A stretch of DNA of 63,839 nucleotides, the filler included, from Folioceros fuciformis (lineage: Eukaryota), in NCBI GenBank assembly GCA_049999805.1. It is 7 parts of 7 records of this genome, joined end to end, with 100 filler letters (N's around TTAATTAATTAA, not from the genome) between each part and the next. Parts side by side here need not be neighbours in the genome. Positions count along the whole stretch, not along the records: positions 1 to 19,935 come from JBNGIO010001655.1; 6 more parts are not named here. One strand, 5' to 3'. The position numbers were made by a program, and so were the translations under genes. Numbering within the stretch: position 1 is the stretch's first letter; the number at the start of each line of letters is the position of its first letter. Shown in pieces: positions 1-13,035 of the stretch. Under the pieces are notes generated by a model. It was not told where the DNA came from, did not search any database, and saw only the letters and a program-made list of their open reading frames with translations.

Positions 1-1157
1 CCACCAGAGGGCGGGTAGCAGGGCTGTCGAACAGGGCCTGGTCTGAATGCAAGAGGCCCTTGTGCGCCTGCAGCCCTCGGTAGTAGTTGACGTCGAAGTT
101 GTTGGGGGTGAGGGGGTCCAGGTTTAGGGGGGTGCTGTCGCTGGCAGATCCCGGCGGGCAGCGGGCCTTGAGGGCGGCAGCGTATTCCGGATCCAAGCTC
201 GGGTCGGTGGCGCTGGTGCTGCTGAAGTTGTAAAGCCTGGTACGGATGGTCTGGCAGTGGGATACCCCGACTGTGTGCGCGCCTGCACATGAGATGCGAT
301 TTGTTAAGGCGCAGGCGGGAGGACTGGATTCGATCTGGGTGTGAAATTAAGTGCGTACCTGAGAGGATGACCATGTCCGCTTGTGTGAGACCGACGGTCG
401 TGAAGGCGTTGGTGAGCTCGGTCACTCCGTCCACGGGTTTGGGCAGGTTGACGAGGCTGCTGCTGGACGTGAGCCCGTCTCGGCGGCCGGAACGCACTGG
501 GAATCTTCCTCCCAGCGTCTGCCATGACAGGGACAAGATTGGGTGGGGATGCAGGACGGCGTGCACATGGCTGAATTCTGATTTTGCGCCGGCCCGGGGC
601 CGAATGAAGCGAAATCCTGCTGGATTGGTGCACTGCTTACCATCCGAACGCTGTCCCTGGCAGCGAATGTGAGGATGTCCGCGCAGGACACGACGCCGGG
701 GCAGCGCGCCTCCAGCAGGGCTTTGGCAGTGTTCACCACCTCGAACGCCTGGTCCTGCAGGCTGAGGTTGGGGCGCGCGTATTTCTCCGACCCGGTGGCG
801 TTGATGAGCACCGACGCGTCCGCTCCCTGGTGCAATGGGAAGTTGCAACAACGATCTAAGGCACTCAACATAAACAATGTGACTCAATGACGGGCATCGC
901 TCAAACCACCCACAGAAGTTACGTACGAGCACGAAGGCGTCGTGGAAGTGCAAGCGGATGAGGCCGGGGGCGATGGCTCTGTTTCTGTCGTAAGCCGACC
1001 GCACCACTCTGCTCACCAGCCCCTCCACGCTCAGGACGCCAGGGCATTTCCCTCTGTAGAAGTCATGGACCAGCTGCGCATGCACAGATGCTGCTGGCAT
1101 CGCCAGCAGCACCAGGAGGGCAGCCAGTCTCACCACCACCATCTCAGCTGCGGCCAT
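1..1157 (-). CDS. Class III secretory peroxidase (3' end runs off the window)
   Basis: Exons 1157-927, 826-641, 518-359 and 282-1 with GT-AG introns at the classic three positions. Signal peptide [27 protein letters not shown], distal motif [25 protein letters not shown], proximal His motif [31 protein letters not shown]. Confidence 0.95.
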   Translation of the reverse strand, partial: MAAAEMVVVRLAALLVLLAMPAASVHAQLVHDFYRGKCPGVLSVEGLVSRVVRSAYDRNRAIAPGLIRLHFHDAFVLVRNFCGWFERCPSLSHIVYVECLRSLLQLPIAPGSGRVGAHQRHRVGEIRAPQPQPAGPGVRGGEHCQSPAGGALPRRRVLRGHPHIRCQGQRSDGKQCTNPAGFRFIRPRAGAKSEFSHVHAVLHPHPILSLSWQTLGGRFPVRSGRRDGLTSSSSLVNLPKPVDGVTELTNAFTTVGLTQADMVILSGTHLISHPDRIQSSRLRLNKSHLMCRRAHSRGIPLPDHPYQALQLQQHQRHRPELGSGIRCRPQGPLPAGICQRQHPPKPGPPHPQQLRRQLLPRAAGAQGPLAFRPGPVRQPCYPPSG

Positions 1158-2822
1158 GTTCCACGGGTAATCACGTAACACGTACTACTGGCCGACGATG
1201 TGGCGTAAACTGGATCCCTAGCCTCGCGCCGTCAGATACGTCCTCAATCTAAGATCGAGTCACCAATTGCTTTAAGCTATAAGCGCGGCTGGGAGCCTGA
1301 ACATGAGCTGGCCTGCCTGGAGACAGGACAGCATGCGCCGGAGCTTTATAGGACAAGAGGCCTGTGCCATAGCCTCTGTTGGAAGTCCAAGTTGACCAGA
1401 GTCGACCTAGGCCTGCATCCTTGAGGCATGCAAGCAGACATGGTCTCGCAAGGATGCAAGCCTCCATGTGAGCCTCCGTCTGCAAGGCAGAAAGCACGCC
1501 TGCAGTTTGACCCGACTGTTACAATGGCTATGAAAGGAATCAATGACTGCATTTTCGTTTCCAGGACCAGCCCCGCAAACCATACTGTGAACTGTTTGAG
1601 TTTGACCACAGTCAGACGGTCTGTGTCTTGTCTGTGTGAGCTTCGGCGATTGCACCTGCTCCACATGAGATCCCTCCAAGGGATCCGTTCATCCGGACGG
1701 TGTACCCACAAACTGCCAGGCTCGACATTCCCTGTGTTTCCACATGCGTGACACGCCACATTTGCTTCCCGGGCTCTGCCTGGTTTTATGCCTACAATAC
1801 AATACAATACTGAGCTTTGGGAACTGTCCACCACGAACTTACGTACTATGCTTTCGAGCCTGGGTCAAAAGTCAGATTCATTGGCGCTCACGATTAACAT
1901 GCACCGATTTGGGTTACATCGGAATATGGAGATATTGGTTGGTATACCACCTTGCGATACCTCCGATTCCAAGTTGAGAACCCCAACTCGCAGTCCCACC
2001 ATTGGTCAAATTCTTACTTTCTAATCTTTGTTTTATCTTTCGATACAATGTATGTAATATTTACAATCTTTTTTATTAAAAAAAGGAAGATGAAAAATCT
2101 CATTACTCCAAAGATTGGAAGAACAATCAAAAGGCCAAAAAGACACTTAGCTCCATGGTACATCATTCTCAAAAACTATCTATCGCTCTCAATATATATA
2201 TATGAAATAATAAAAAACTTACCTCAATATTTAACATTTAAAATAAGTCTTTGGGTACTCAAAATTCAATACCTTTGAAAGTACAACATTTACTTTGAGC
2301 ATTATGAAGTTTTTTTTTCTTCTTCCTAATAGGCCTATGATCGTATTATGCTTTACATCTCAGGCAGATAGCGATTAACAAAACTAAATGCTATGAATAT
2401 GTCCTTTTCATGGATTTTTAATATCTTGCTATCTCAAAAAATACAAAGAAAAGTAAAATTTACTGTGGAAACGGTTAATCTTGAACGTCGATGACGAGCA
2501 GAGGCTGCACGTCAGAATCATTTTCACAAATCGTCAACGCTTGATTCTCATTGAAAAAGCATAGAATGGCGGCATTTCATAGCCTGGCTTGCAGAATCGA
2601 ATCTGACAACGCCAGCAGATGCTGCTCTTGACTCATGTTCTCATTGGGGAAGCCAAAGACTGCCTACTTTGGCAACTTGGGAATTCAGGCCCCCCGTATG
2701 AATTAACTGCTGTGTAATGAAGATGTGTAACATTATACATACAAGTTAGGCGTACTTCGACGTGAGACCCCTCTTGGCGGGAGCATCCCACACTCGGCTC
2801 CTGCTATTACAACTAGGGCCCG

Positions 2823-4486
2823 TTAGACCGCCACGGGTTCGGGTGACGGAAGTGGCTTCAGGGCTTTCAGCGGATTTGAGATAACAGCATCGATTAGGCC
2901 ATACTCCTTGGCCTCCTTGGCGCTCATGAAGAAATCACGGTCAGTATCCTGGACTATCTTGACCAAGGGCTGACCGGTGTGGTAGGCCAGATAACCGTTC
3001 AGATTCGCCTTGTGGTGAAGAATCTCATTTGCCTGAAAGGATAGCACGCAACTGTGAGAAGAGCCGACAACAACCATACACAGCCTGCATGCACCAGACC
3101 TTCAGGAAATAGTGGAGTACCTGGATTTCAATGTCTGTTTGCTGACCTTGAGCACCACCCAACGGCTGATGGATCATAATCCTAGAGTTTGGCAAACTGT
3201 ACCTCTTACCTGGCCAAGCCACGACCAGATGTTCAACAAATGGATTTTAGAGAAGAGGTGCGCCGAACTGTGCACAGACACCGCTCAAGAAGCATACCTT
3301 TTGTGCCGGCACTCAGAAGGAAAGCACCCATACTGCCAAAACAAGGGAGAGTTCATGTACATAATATTTTCAACACAGTGGAAGCACTCCTCCAGCAAAC
3401 ACAAATGTGGTTCTGCCCTACCTTGCGGCAAGGCCAACGCAAACTGTACTAACATCGGGGCGGATGTGCCTCATGGTATCGAATATGGCCATTCCTAGTG
3501 TAAGACACAGCCACAGTCACTTGAAAGATTTGTCTGCCACTAGTTGGGACAATCTGGGAAAGCAAAACAACCCTGTGCACGAACAGCACAAGCTGAAAAA
3601 AGTAAACTCACCCGCAGTAACTGAACCACCTGGGGAGTTCACGTACATGACAATATCCTGCACACAACGTAGTTGGATACAAAAGAGTTCTACACATTCA
3701 AAATGCCATACACATAAACACCCTTGGATTAAGAAGTAGAACACACCCTGCTGGGATCAGCGGCATCGAGGTAGAGGAGTTGAGCGACGATCAAGTTAGC
3801 CATGTCATCATCTACAGCACCTCCACAACGGATGATCCTCTGCGACGAGGATCACTTAGGTCAGGCATGTGGCAACCGGAAACGAAAACCTTCCTCAGAA
3901 CTGAAATCACGGGGATGGGAAGTACGTATTGGAAAAGTTGGGAAATAACACTCTGGAACCGCTCGGCCAACATAGGTGGAGGACCTTGCCCACCCTGAGC
4001 ATAAGGTGGGCAATAAGAATTTCTCGGAATCTCCAAGTCATGTCTGCAAGTTTGGAAGCGACAGACAAACGCAATTCAGGCCAGAACCGTTCACTCAAAT
4101 TATTTCCTACTTGTCTAGCAGCTGAAAACAAGGTCTGCAGCTCACACCTAATCGACCAGAGGTTAGGTACTACAGTGGCGTCCGGTGTCCAGAATCCCTC
4201 CGACCGGAAGCTGGATAATGTGTCATTCGCCGAGTAGGAAGCCCTCACCACGCCCCTGGAACTTCTTCAACAACAGTTCAGCCACCACAATCAGGGGCTG
4301 CCTGATGCCGGAGATGCGACGCACCAAGCCACGAACACGCCAAAAACCCTACCTGGAATGGGGACGCCCAGACAGAGGAGCAAAGAGGACGGAGGAACGC
4401 AGCTGCTGCTGATGCGATTGGGTCACCTTGCCCTGGGACAGCGCGGCCAGGCCCACGGGCTGCTTCACCAACATGGTGTGCGCCAT
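2823..4486 (-). CDS. CLPP5: Chloroplast ATP-dependent Clp protease proteolytic subunit (ClpP5 type)
   Basis: Multi-exon gene. Transit-like N-terminus [52 protein letters not shown] (catalytic Ser), [13 protein letters not shown] (His), [20 protein letters not shown]. Stop at 2823-2825. Confidence 0.93.
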
Positions 4487-4825
4487 GTCTGCGAGAATGA
4501 GATTCGCAAGGAATGCCTCTCCTGGCTTGTCCACAAAACGGCAAGGTGGCGTGTAGGTGCGGCAAAGGTCTAATGCGATTTAACACTAAGGACGACGAAT
4601 AAGGCTAGATTGCGTGCGATTTCACGTGCTCCAGCGCTTCCACTCCACGATGTTAAAACTGTTTCTAGATTTTATTTTCGAGATTTGAATGCGGCCCCTC
4701 AACAAACATCCTCCGAAATGTCGTTGTGTAGTGGTACACTCACTAGGAGCAACTAAGAAAACTAAGAACATCGTCCGAGAAGTAACTTTAAGCCGCTGTT
4801 CTCGGTGCAAATCAAATGGATGAAG

Positions 4826-7800
4826 CTAATGTCTGCTCATCTCTCGGAATGTTGCAGCTGCTGAGGGGGAAACCCTTGAGAAGTTCTTGAAGACCTGCAG
4901 AGCAATCGATTCGGTTAGACGAGCTGAGAACGATGAGTGGATTCTGGAATAGAGGTCCAAGTATCTTACCCACAGCTTGAAAAATGCGTCCATGATGACA
5001 GGAACCGTGGCTACAAACAGGTAGATGGAAGCTTCGTCTGCTTCAAAACCGTACCGTTCGAGCACCATCTCCACCACAGTTTCCCAACCCATTGAGGAAT
5101 GGTACCTGCAAGCACCAGGTATGACCAACACTACTTCAGCCATAATCCCCTGGACTAGAAACATCTTGTATACAATTTCATGCTCATAAAACCAGATGTT
5201 TTGGGGTCATAACGACAACCAGCATAAACTATAAACACATCCTACCCTAGAAAGATATCTGTCATAAGAATGATAATAAATGCCTTCCCAGTGTCTGAAA
5301 CATTTGTAAACAGGCGGTCGCTTGTCATTGACATAATGGCCACCTGCAAAGAATTCAACATCTCACGAGCTGAGGATGCAAATACCGTTAGACGAGGCAC
5401 CAACAACTGATCACAACAAGGGAGTCAAATTCCTACGCCTGCAAGACGCTTTACAGAAATTCGACGTCTACTTAAATCAGAACAGGAATAAATGCAAATC
5501 GAAGTGTCGGCGTTTACTTGTTGCGGGTTCAGAAACAGCAGAAGGAAGATAGTGGAACCTCCCAGGAGGTCTGACCAGATGGAGGCAAATGCTGCCCTGT
5601 TCTCTGCCCGGGCCTCCTCATATAATTCAAGCCTGAGGAATGAAAGGCAATTCAAATTAGCATCTGTGGCGGCCATATAGTCATCAGGATGTGCGACTCG
5701 AGTCCGGGCTATGATGCTGGGCATACATCAGCCATCACATTCCTTTGGAAGCACCTAATCCCCACATCACTACCTGAATGCCCTAGGGTCTAGGGGAATA
5801 GTAGTTAGACGCAGAGAAAAAGGAAAGAGAAATAATGCAAGGAACATACGCTTCATGCCGCAAATGATCAGCAAGTTCTTCTTCAGAAAGGGGTGGGGCT
5901 TTGCCAATCTCTGCTTCGAAGCGTACCCGTTGTCGTTCCAATTTCAGTTCCTTGACAATCTTCAGTTTCTGCGGTCTTCTAACATCAAGCATCTCGGCCG
6001 CTAACGGAACGGTTTCCACGTATCTGTGCACCGACCCAGACAAGGCTTAGACAGGCAGAAATCTGGCCAACATAAATCGTCTCCACCACGACCTCATCAG
6101 GATGCCCCTATTACAGACACTGGAAAAGAAACAAAAGATAAACAGACATCTGACCTGTTCAAAAATGGGACAAGAATCAAGTCGTGCACTGAAATATCCA
6201 CCAGTAAGGGCACAATCACTAGTATGGCTGCAAATTTAGCCTGCATCACAGTAGCTCTCTCAGGAATCACTCCCCATAATGAAAAAAATACTGATCTACC
6301 CATGTTCGGATACCCTTAGAGAAGAGGTTCAAGTCCACCGAACAGTACGACCATAAGGAGAAGTCAATCTCAACCAAACTTCTGAGGCTACTTGGCATGC
6401 CAATCGAGGTATACTGCACAGAACCTCAACATGCTGCCACAAAAGAAATTGAACCCTGAAAAACTTGGGGCACGCACGGGTGGAGATAGACTATATCACG
6501 GGATTGTCCGACTAAAACACAAACCCATGGCAATGAAGCAGAATAGCGCATAGACTATATCACGGGATTGTCCGACTAAAACACAAACCCATGGCAATGA
6601 AGCAGAATAGCGCATAGACTATATACTATATCACGGGATTGTCCGACTAAAACACAAACCCATGGCAATGGAGCAGAATAGCGCACGTACAGATTGCTGA
6701 GAGGTGAATCGAAAAACCCTCTCCTCAAATTCCAGCTCTCTTTCTACTTCATCCTGAGGCTCAAACGCTCGCGACAGGAGCTCATAAACTGTCCGCTTCA
6801 TTCCCCTCACAGGCTTCTTGGGTGCGGACCGAGGCATACCATCTTTCTCCCATTCGGTGTCTGGGTAGTACCACCCACTGTCATCTACACCAAAGGCGCC
6901 ACTGTTGTCGTTGTTATCCAACCAGTCCTCCCAGTCTTTGCTGTCTGGATCACGACCAGTTTTCTGAAAGTCGTCTATTTCCCTGCTAGCCTTGTTTTTC
7001 TGCTGCCATGCTGAATACGTGACGTCGTCTGCCAACATCTCATCGATGTCATCCATGATCTCATCCTCTTCATCATCTGAAGAGTCCCCCTCCTTTCTAC
7101 CAGGCCACTTACTGTTTCGTCTACCTGAGCCATCCTTATCGTTCTGTCCCTTTGCCCGATACCCCACCGGGTCATCTCTGCCATCCCTGTCACCATCCGT
7201 CTCCTCACTCGAGTGCTCGTCTGGCAACGGGATAGGCTCGAACAGAAGTCTTTGAAACCAATTGCGTTTCCGGTTGGGGTCCACTGAATTAACCCTGGAC
7301 CCGCTTCCTTTTCTCCGTTTCTGGAGAGGAGGAGATGCCACAAAGCTCATATGCAATGCGTCCCAATCATGTTGCTGGTTGCAAAACCCTCGCGCCGCAG
7401 CCAGATCAGGCTGGGCAAACACGGAGCCAAAATGAACCTCCTGGAAGTGGCAGTTGACGATATCAAGAGGCCCCTGCGGACACCTCGATAAGGTGGATTG
7501 CGCTCCGGGCTCTGCTCTCCCATGAGAACACCCCCCTGCAAGACATAGCACGTCCTGCACTCGCAATCTTCCACTACCCTGGCGGCCACCAGAAATTCGT
7601 CCCCTAAATCCCCTACCGCATTCGCAGTTAAATCCACAAAAACCGTGGGCTGCAATCTCGGAACAACACCCACACAGCCTAGCGCTGGTCTGACAACGCA
7701 GAATTGGAGCCCAATCGCTCTTGCTGCCAGATTCCCTCCAATCACTCACCGAGCAGCGGTCGTTGGGAAAGGAAAATGCAGAATGGGAGGCCCGAACTGA

Positions 7801-7833
7801 AGGCTGCCAGCAATGTACCAGCTCTGTCATCAT
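4826..7833 (-). CDS. DLDG1: Nuclear-encoded CemA/Ycf10-like chloroplast envelope protein (DLDG1-like)
   Basis: Long first exon (to about 6690) then short exons giving [88 protein letters not shown]. The start Met is uncertain (7833 versus 7350). Confidence 0.85.
6491..6684. repeat. Three near-identical tandem copies of a ~64-bp unit in DLDG1 intron 1
   Basis: CTATATCACGGGATTGTCCGACTAAAACACAAACCCATGGCAATGAAGCAGAATAGCGCA repeated at about 6491, 6555 and 6626. Confidence 0.95.
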
Positions 7834-8820
7834 GCTCCGTCACCATGCTGGCATGATAGACCTAATTCTGCACAAAAGCTAATTCAGCTCCGGAAGAACC
7901 TGTGATCCCTTGCAACCTCCTTGCTTGCCGGCCACGTCTCGCCGCCCGCATTCCCATCACCTGTACCTCCTGGCCTCACCCATTCCCCGTGTCCTGGATG
8001 TCCTTACCGCGCACCATTGGCACTCCCAGCGAGCTGCCTCCAAAACCGAAAATGAAGCAACAAAGCTCAATTGCGGCTCAATCTTGCTGCGTTCAAGAAT
8101 CGCCTCACGTTGAATGTGAGGTCCACAAGCCGGATGGCTGCAGGCAGCCGATCCGCCGTAGGCTGCTCACCCGAGCCGAGAGAGGCAATCGGGCAGGACC
8201 GAGCGCATTCCGGAGGCCCGGATTCTTCCCAAGGATTCACGTCAGCGTCCCGCCATTGGGCGGGAGCGTTTTGCCAAATATCCACTCCGGCGAAATAGCC
8301 ACCTTGTTTTGGACGTCGAGTTTCCTTATCGGTTAAACCCCTTGCCGACAACGTGGCCAGCCGACAAGCTGCCACGGGAAGATAAGATGGCGGGGTCGCA
8401 AATGCGGGAAAAGTGTTAAATAAGTCGGATTGGACAGGTACAGGTCCAAATGGTTTCTGTTTCTAAAGCTGACACATCACTGGCCGATGCAAACTTCTTA
8501 CACGGATACGGAACCCATGTTCAGGCAGCAACCGATAACGGGGTAGCACGGGTGTTTCACTAAACATGGTCATAGTCAGTGCCTACATCCTTACTTGGCG
8601 TCACATTTTACTACACTCGAATGTCACATATAGAAGTGAATCAAAACTGGTGATCAGATACTGGATACACGGTGAACCGGAGGGTGTACCTTCGGTTTCC
8701 ATGCTTCACTTCAACTCTGGTCAACCTGAATTGGACAGTCCACAAGTGAGTAAGACAGCAGGCAACCACAACCCTGCGCCTAGCAAGCGAGATCTCTGGG
8801 ATAATGGCAGATGAACCTGT

Positions 8821-10856
8821 CTAAAGCTGATCAATCCAAGCAGCTGGAAAGCAAACGGGAGGAGCACAAGGTCCGTGAGATATCATACCCTGCGATGGAG
8901 GTGGAGGCGGCATCATCCCTTGTGGAGGTGCAGCCTGTCCAGGAGGAGGAGGAGGGCCACCTGGATTCATCTGAGGAGGTTGCATGCCGACAGGAGGTGG
9001 AGGAGGCCGCATCGGTCCTTGAGGGGGTGGAGGTCCTCGAGCCCAAGGAGGAGGAGCCATTCCAAGTGGGGGAGGAGGGGGCCCTCCTGGAGGAGGCCCA
9101 GGAAACCCATGTGGAGGCGGAGGGGGCATGTTCTGCGGGAGCCCTGGCCTGAACTGTTGCATATTGCCTGGAGGAGGCCTAGGCTGGTTAAGCCAAGGAG
9201 GCCTGCCTTGCATCTGATGTGGACCGGGCATTGGTGGTCCAGAACCTTGCATCTGCGGAGGTCCCCCATACTGACCTTGCATAGGAGCTTGAGACATTTG
9301 CCCTTGAGGAGGCATAGGGGGGCCACCAAAACGATGAGACATGTTACCATTGCCCATGCCTGATAGAGAGCCCATATGTCCATTCCCTTGCTGGACCATC
9401 GATGGTGGCCCACCTCCAAGTTGGGGAAGGCCCACGGATGATGGGGGGCCACTTGCAAACAGTGTATGAGGCCTGTTCTTCTGGGCACTAGGATTACTGG
9501 CAGCTAGCATTCTCTCTACACAAACAAACAAGAGGTATCCATGACTCCCGCACCTGCACAATTGCGCAGGATGCAGACTCTGCTTATAAACAATGGCAGC
9601 ATACCTGCTGGTGTACCGTGCCTTTCTCCTTTTGTGTCTTTCTTATAGGCATAAGACACCGTTATTGGACGATTGCAGAGATACTGACCATTCATTGCCT
9701 GCAAGAATCAAAAACTCTCGTGGAGCCTGAGTCCTCGAAATCCTTGTCAAATGAGAGGGTTTCAGCTGACAAAAGCACTTTAGCGCACTCATACCTCAAT
9801 CGCAGAATCAGACGCCTCAAAAGAGTCATAGCTAATGAAACCAAATCCCCGTGAATTGCCAGAGTCTGGATCCCTCATAATCTGTAAAAAGAACGGCCAC
9901 AACCACGTGAAGAAGAGAAGTACTGCAACAGAGCTCCCAGACATGTAGCAAATTGCAGGTGAAAAGCATGGTACATACCTTGGGATTTGTCACTATCACA
10001 CCAAATGCACTGAAGGTATCATATAGGAGCTTCTCATCAACATCCTGCAAATCATTCACAAACTTAGTGCTACGACCGCGCAAAACAGGGGGAAACCACG
10101 ACAATCCAATACACTTACAGAATCTAGATTGCCCACAAACAAGTTAGCACCCACGTCCAAGCTCTTCTTATCTTGAGATGCCTATCACAAACAGACCAAG
10201 GAGAAACCTTCAACATCAAGGTCAGCAGGTTGACGGAAGCCATGAAACAGTCTCACCCGGTCCATGAATACCTTGTTGACACGAATAGGCTTCCCATGCA
10301 GCTTTATCATGTTCAGAATCTTTATAGCCTGTAAAACTGAGAGCTGGATCAGAAAGACCACAGTAGCACATCGATGAGAGACTTCACTTGGTTTCGAATA
10401 TGCTTACGTAGTCAGCTCCTTCTTCACTTCGGAACTCCACAAAGCCGTATCCCTGGTGAAGATTGGACACCCTATCCTTGGGAACGTAGACATTAACTGC
10501 ACAAAATATCAGTTATGATTTTCCTGGAGCAGAAATCCCCCAACCCTACAATTCACATGAGCTAGCGAACAGAGAACTCACCGACTGGTCCAGCTTGCAC
10601 AAACAACTCCCACAGAAGCTCCTCGGACACCTGGAAGCACATCAAAACGATCATTTCATTTGAGCAGCCCGCCTGAAACAAATTTTTCTGGAGACGAATA
10701 CGGAATCCTCGCACCAAACCAGAAAGAAACGATTGGAGGTAGAACAACAACCTGAGGATCCAGGTTTCCCACGTATGCAGTGGCATCCTGATTCCGCTCG
10801 GCTGCGTGTTGCCCCAGCAAATTGGCTCCTACGCCGGGCGTAATCCGCGTTGTCAT
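8821..10856 (-). CDS. SF3B4: Splicing factor 3B subunit 4 (SAP49): two RRMs plus Pro-rich tail
   Basis: [89 protein letters not shown]. The 3' end is approximate because a further intron after ...SQG (about 8888) is possible. Confidence 0.95.
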
Positions 10857-11303
10857 TCTTGCGTCTCGACCGCGCTCACAGCTTTGGCGACCACATTTGC
10901 GAAGCCTTTCAGCTTCAGCTGGCACCGGATGCTCAGCGGGGGTTTAGGGCTTGTGTCGTTTTTCCGATGATAACAGATGTTCTGCGATGTGTACAAATAT
11001 AAATACGGCAGGTAGGAACCCCGTTAGATTGTTCTGGATGTGTGCGTACTGCAGACCTAGATATGTATGTACCACTTTGTAAGGAATTACTTTTAAGTTT
11101 CATTCTTAGCCAGCCCAGAGATATAAACCACCTTCTCGGTACCAATTTCCATACCCCATATCTCCCAATATGTGCTTCCTTATGACTTAAGTGGGAGCAA
11201 AAGCTTTCTTGTTTACAATGTAGAAAGAATACCACATTTCTCTGCAAATAAGTTCAAACTCTACTATGTAGAACTAATTCTGAAATCAAGTTGAAGTATC
11301 AAA

Positions 11304-12242
11304 ATGAATGATCTATTGGGTGATTCGATCCAAATTGATGCAAGCAAAGATGATACAAACACCAACAAGGATGACCCTGAAGCTGGACCTCCAGCTGCCG
11401 CAAGCACTAGTTTGACAACCATGGATTTGACACAATTTTTTCAAGAAGTGAATGAAATAAAAGATGCCATGGCATTGATTCGTAAAAGTTTGCAAAAATT
11501 GCAAGCCTCACACGAAGAAACAAAGACAGTTACCAAAGCTGACACTATGAAAGAATTAAAGGAGAAGATGGATAAGGATGTGGATGATGTGAACAAAACT
11601 ACTCAAAGCCTCAAGAACAAACTCGAAGCACTGGATAAAGCAAATCTGGCGAGCCGGAAAGAGAAAGGTTGTGGGGAAGGCTCTAGCACAGACAGGACGA
11701 GGATGGCCATCACAGCAACTTTGAAGAAGAAGTTGAAGGGGATGATGCAAGACTTCCAAAAGCTAAGGGAAAAATTCCAGGAAGACTACAGAGAAATTGT
11801 AGAGAGGCGAATTTTTGCTGTGACAGGCCACAAAGTTGACGAAGCCACTATCGAACATCTCATAGACACAGGGGATAGTGAACAAATATTTCAAAAAGCC
11901 ATCCAAGAGCAAGGACGTGGGCAAATCTTAGACACTATGGCAGAGATTCAAGAACGACACGACGTTGTAAAGGATATTGAAAGGAAGCTACTAGAGCTGC
12001 ACCAAGTGTTTTTAGATATGGCTGTGTTAGTAGAAGCACAAGGAGAGCTTCTTGATAACATTGAAACACAGCTCTCGAAAGCAGTGGAGCACGTAACTAC
12101 TGGAACTGCAGCACTGAAAAAAGTGAAAGAGTACCAAAGAGGGACAAGAAAATGTATGTGCATTGCTATTATTATTTTGCTGTTGATTATTGTAGTAACT
12201 GTGGTAGCTGTTCTGCAACCTTGGAAGAACAAGAATGCTTAG
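11304..12242 (+). CDS. Qa-SNARE syntaxin of the SYP13 (SYP131/132-like) type, intronless
   Basis: Uninterrupted 312-aa ORF: MNDLL start, TGDSEQIFQKAIQEQGRGQ, SNARE motif EIQERHD...LLELHQVFLDMAVLVEAQGELLDNIE, C-terminal TM segment and QPWKNKNA end as in SYP132. Confidence 0.92.
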   Translation: MNDLLGDSIQIDASKDDTNTNKDDPEAGPPAAASTSLTTMDLTQFFQEVNEIKDAMALIRKSLQKLQASHEETKTVTKADTMKELKEKMDKDVDDVNKTTQSLKNKLEALDKANLASRKEKGCGEGSSTDRTRMAITATLKKKLKGMMQDFQKLREKFQEDYREIVERRIFAVTGHKVDEATIEHLIDTGDSEQIFQKAIQEQGRGQILDTMAEIQERHDVVKDIERKLLELHQVFLDMAVLVEAQGELLDNIETQLSKAVEHVTTGTAALKKVKEYQRGTRKCMCIAIIILLLIIVVTVVAVLQPWKNKNA

Positions 12243-13035
12243 AAGAGTGATGGTAAGTACGTGAAAGGATCATGAGAAATGTTTCTATTTCTTCATAAGC
12301 AAGGCTGTACACTGACATGAGTCAAATAGCTTTTGTACTGTATTTATATGACTAATATTTAATTAGTAATTTATTACTGCACAACTAACTCACCCCAAAA
12401 TTTTTATTGCATGTCCAAAAAGTAGGTCTCCACATCAGTGAGATTTGGAGATATATAAGATGAGCAACCACCCAATATGCCACAAACGAGACTACATAGA
12501 TTTCCAGGTATATGAAGGCTTTATGTTTCGTAATAATAACTTTGTTTGGCAAGTTTAGTTTGTTATGTTGTCCTAAACAATGCAAGAGAGTTGTTCTTTC
12601 TTGCCTTTCCTATTAGCAAGTTTAGTTTGTCATGTTGTCCTGAACAATGCAAGAAAAGTTGTTCTTTCCTGCCTTTCCTATTTGTCAATCATGGACGAAG
12701 AAAGTTGTTCTTTCCTGCCTTTCCTATTTGTCAATCATGGATGTCTATTGTTTCAATGAATATGCTTTTCTTCTTCTAATCTTTTAAATTTGTACTATTT
12801 TTTCCTTAATATGGTATGGTATGCTTAAGATCTTGCTTCTCATGTGATAGTCTTGGAGCTTTGAATCAACTTCAAAGCCACAAGGACATTCATAAATTAG
12901 AGCATCTAATTTGTAAGCGTCACCCTCCTTTCCCTAATGCAAGTCATATCCTCCTTTCAAGTTCTTTCTTCATGCGTGGAGGGAATGCATAGTGGATTTC
13001 AAATTTTGAAAGGGGAGAATGTGTGAATCATTTTA

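Noticed and set aside
6491-6684. CRISPR-like repeat
   Set aside because: The whole unit is repeated with no spacer, and it is intronic.
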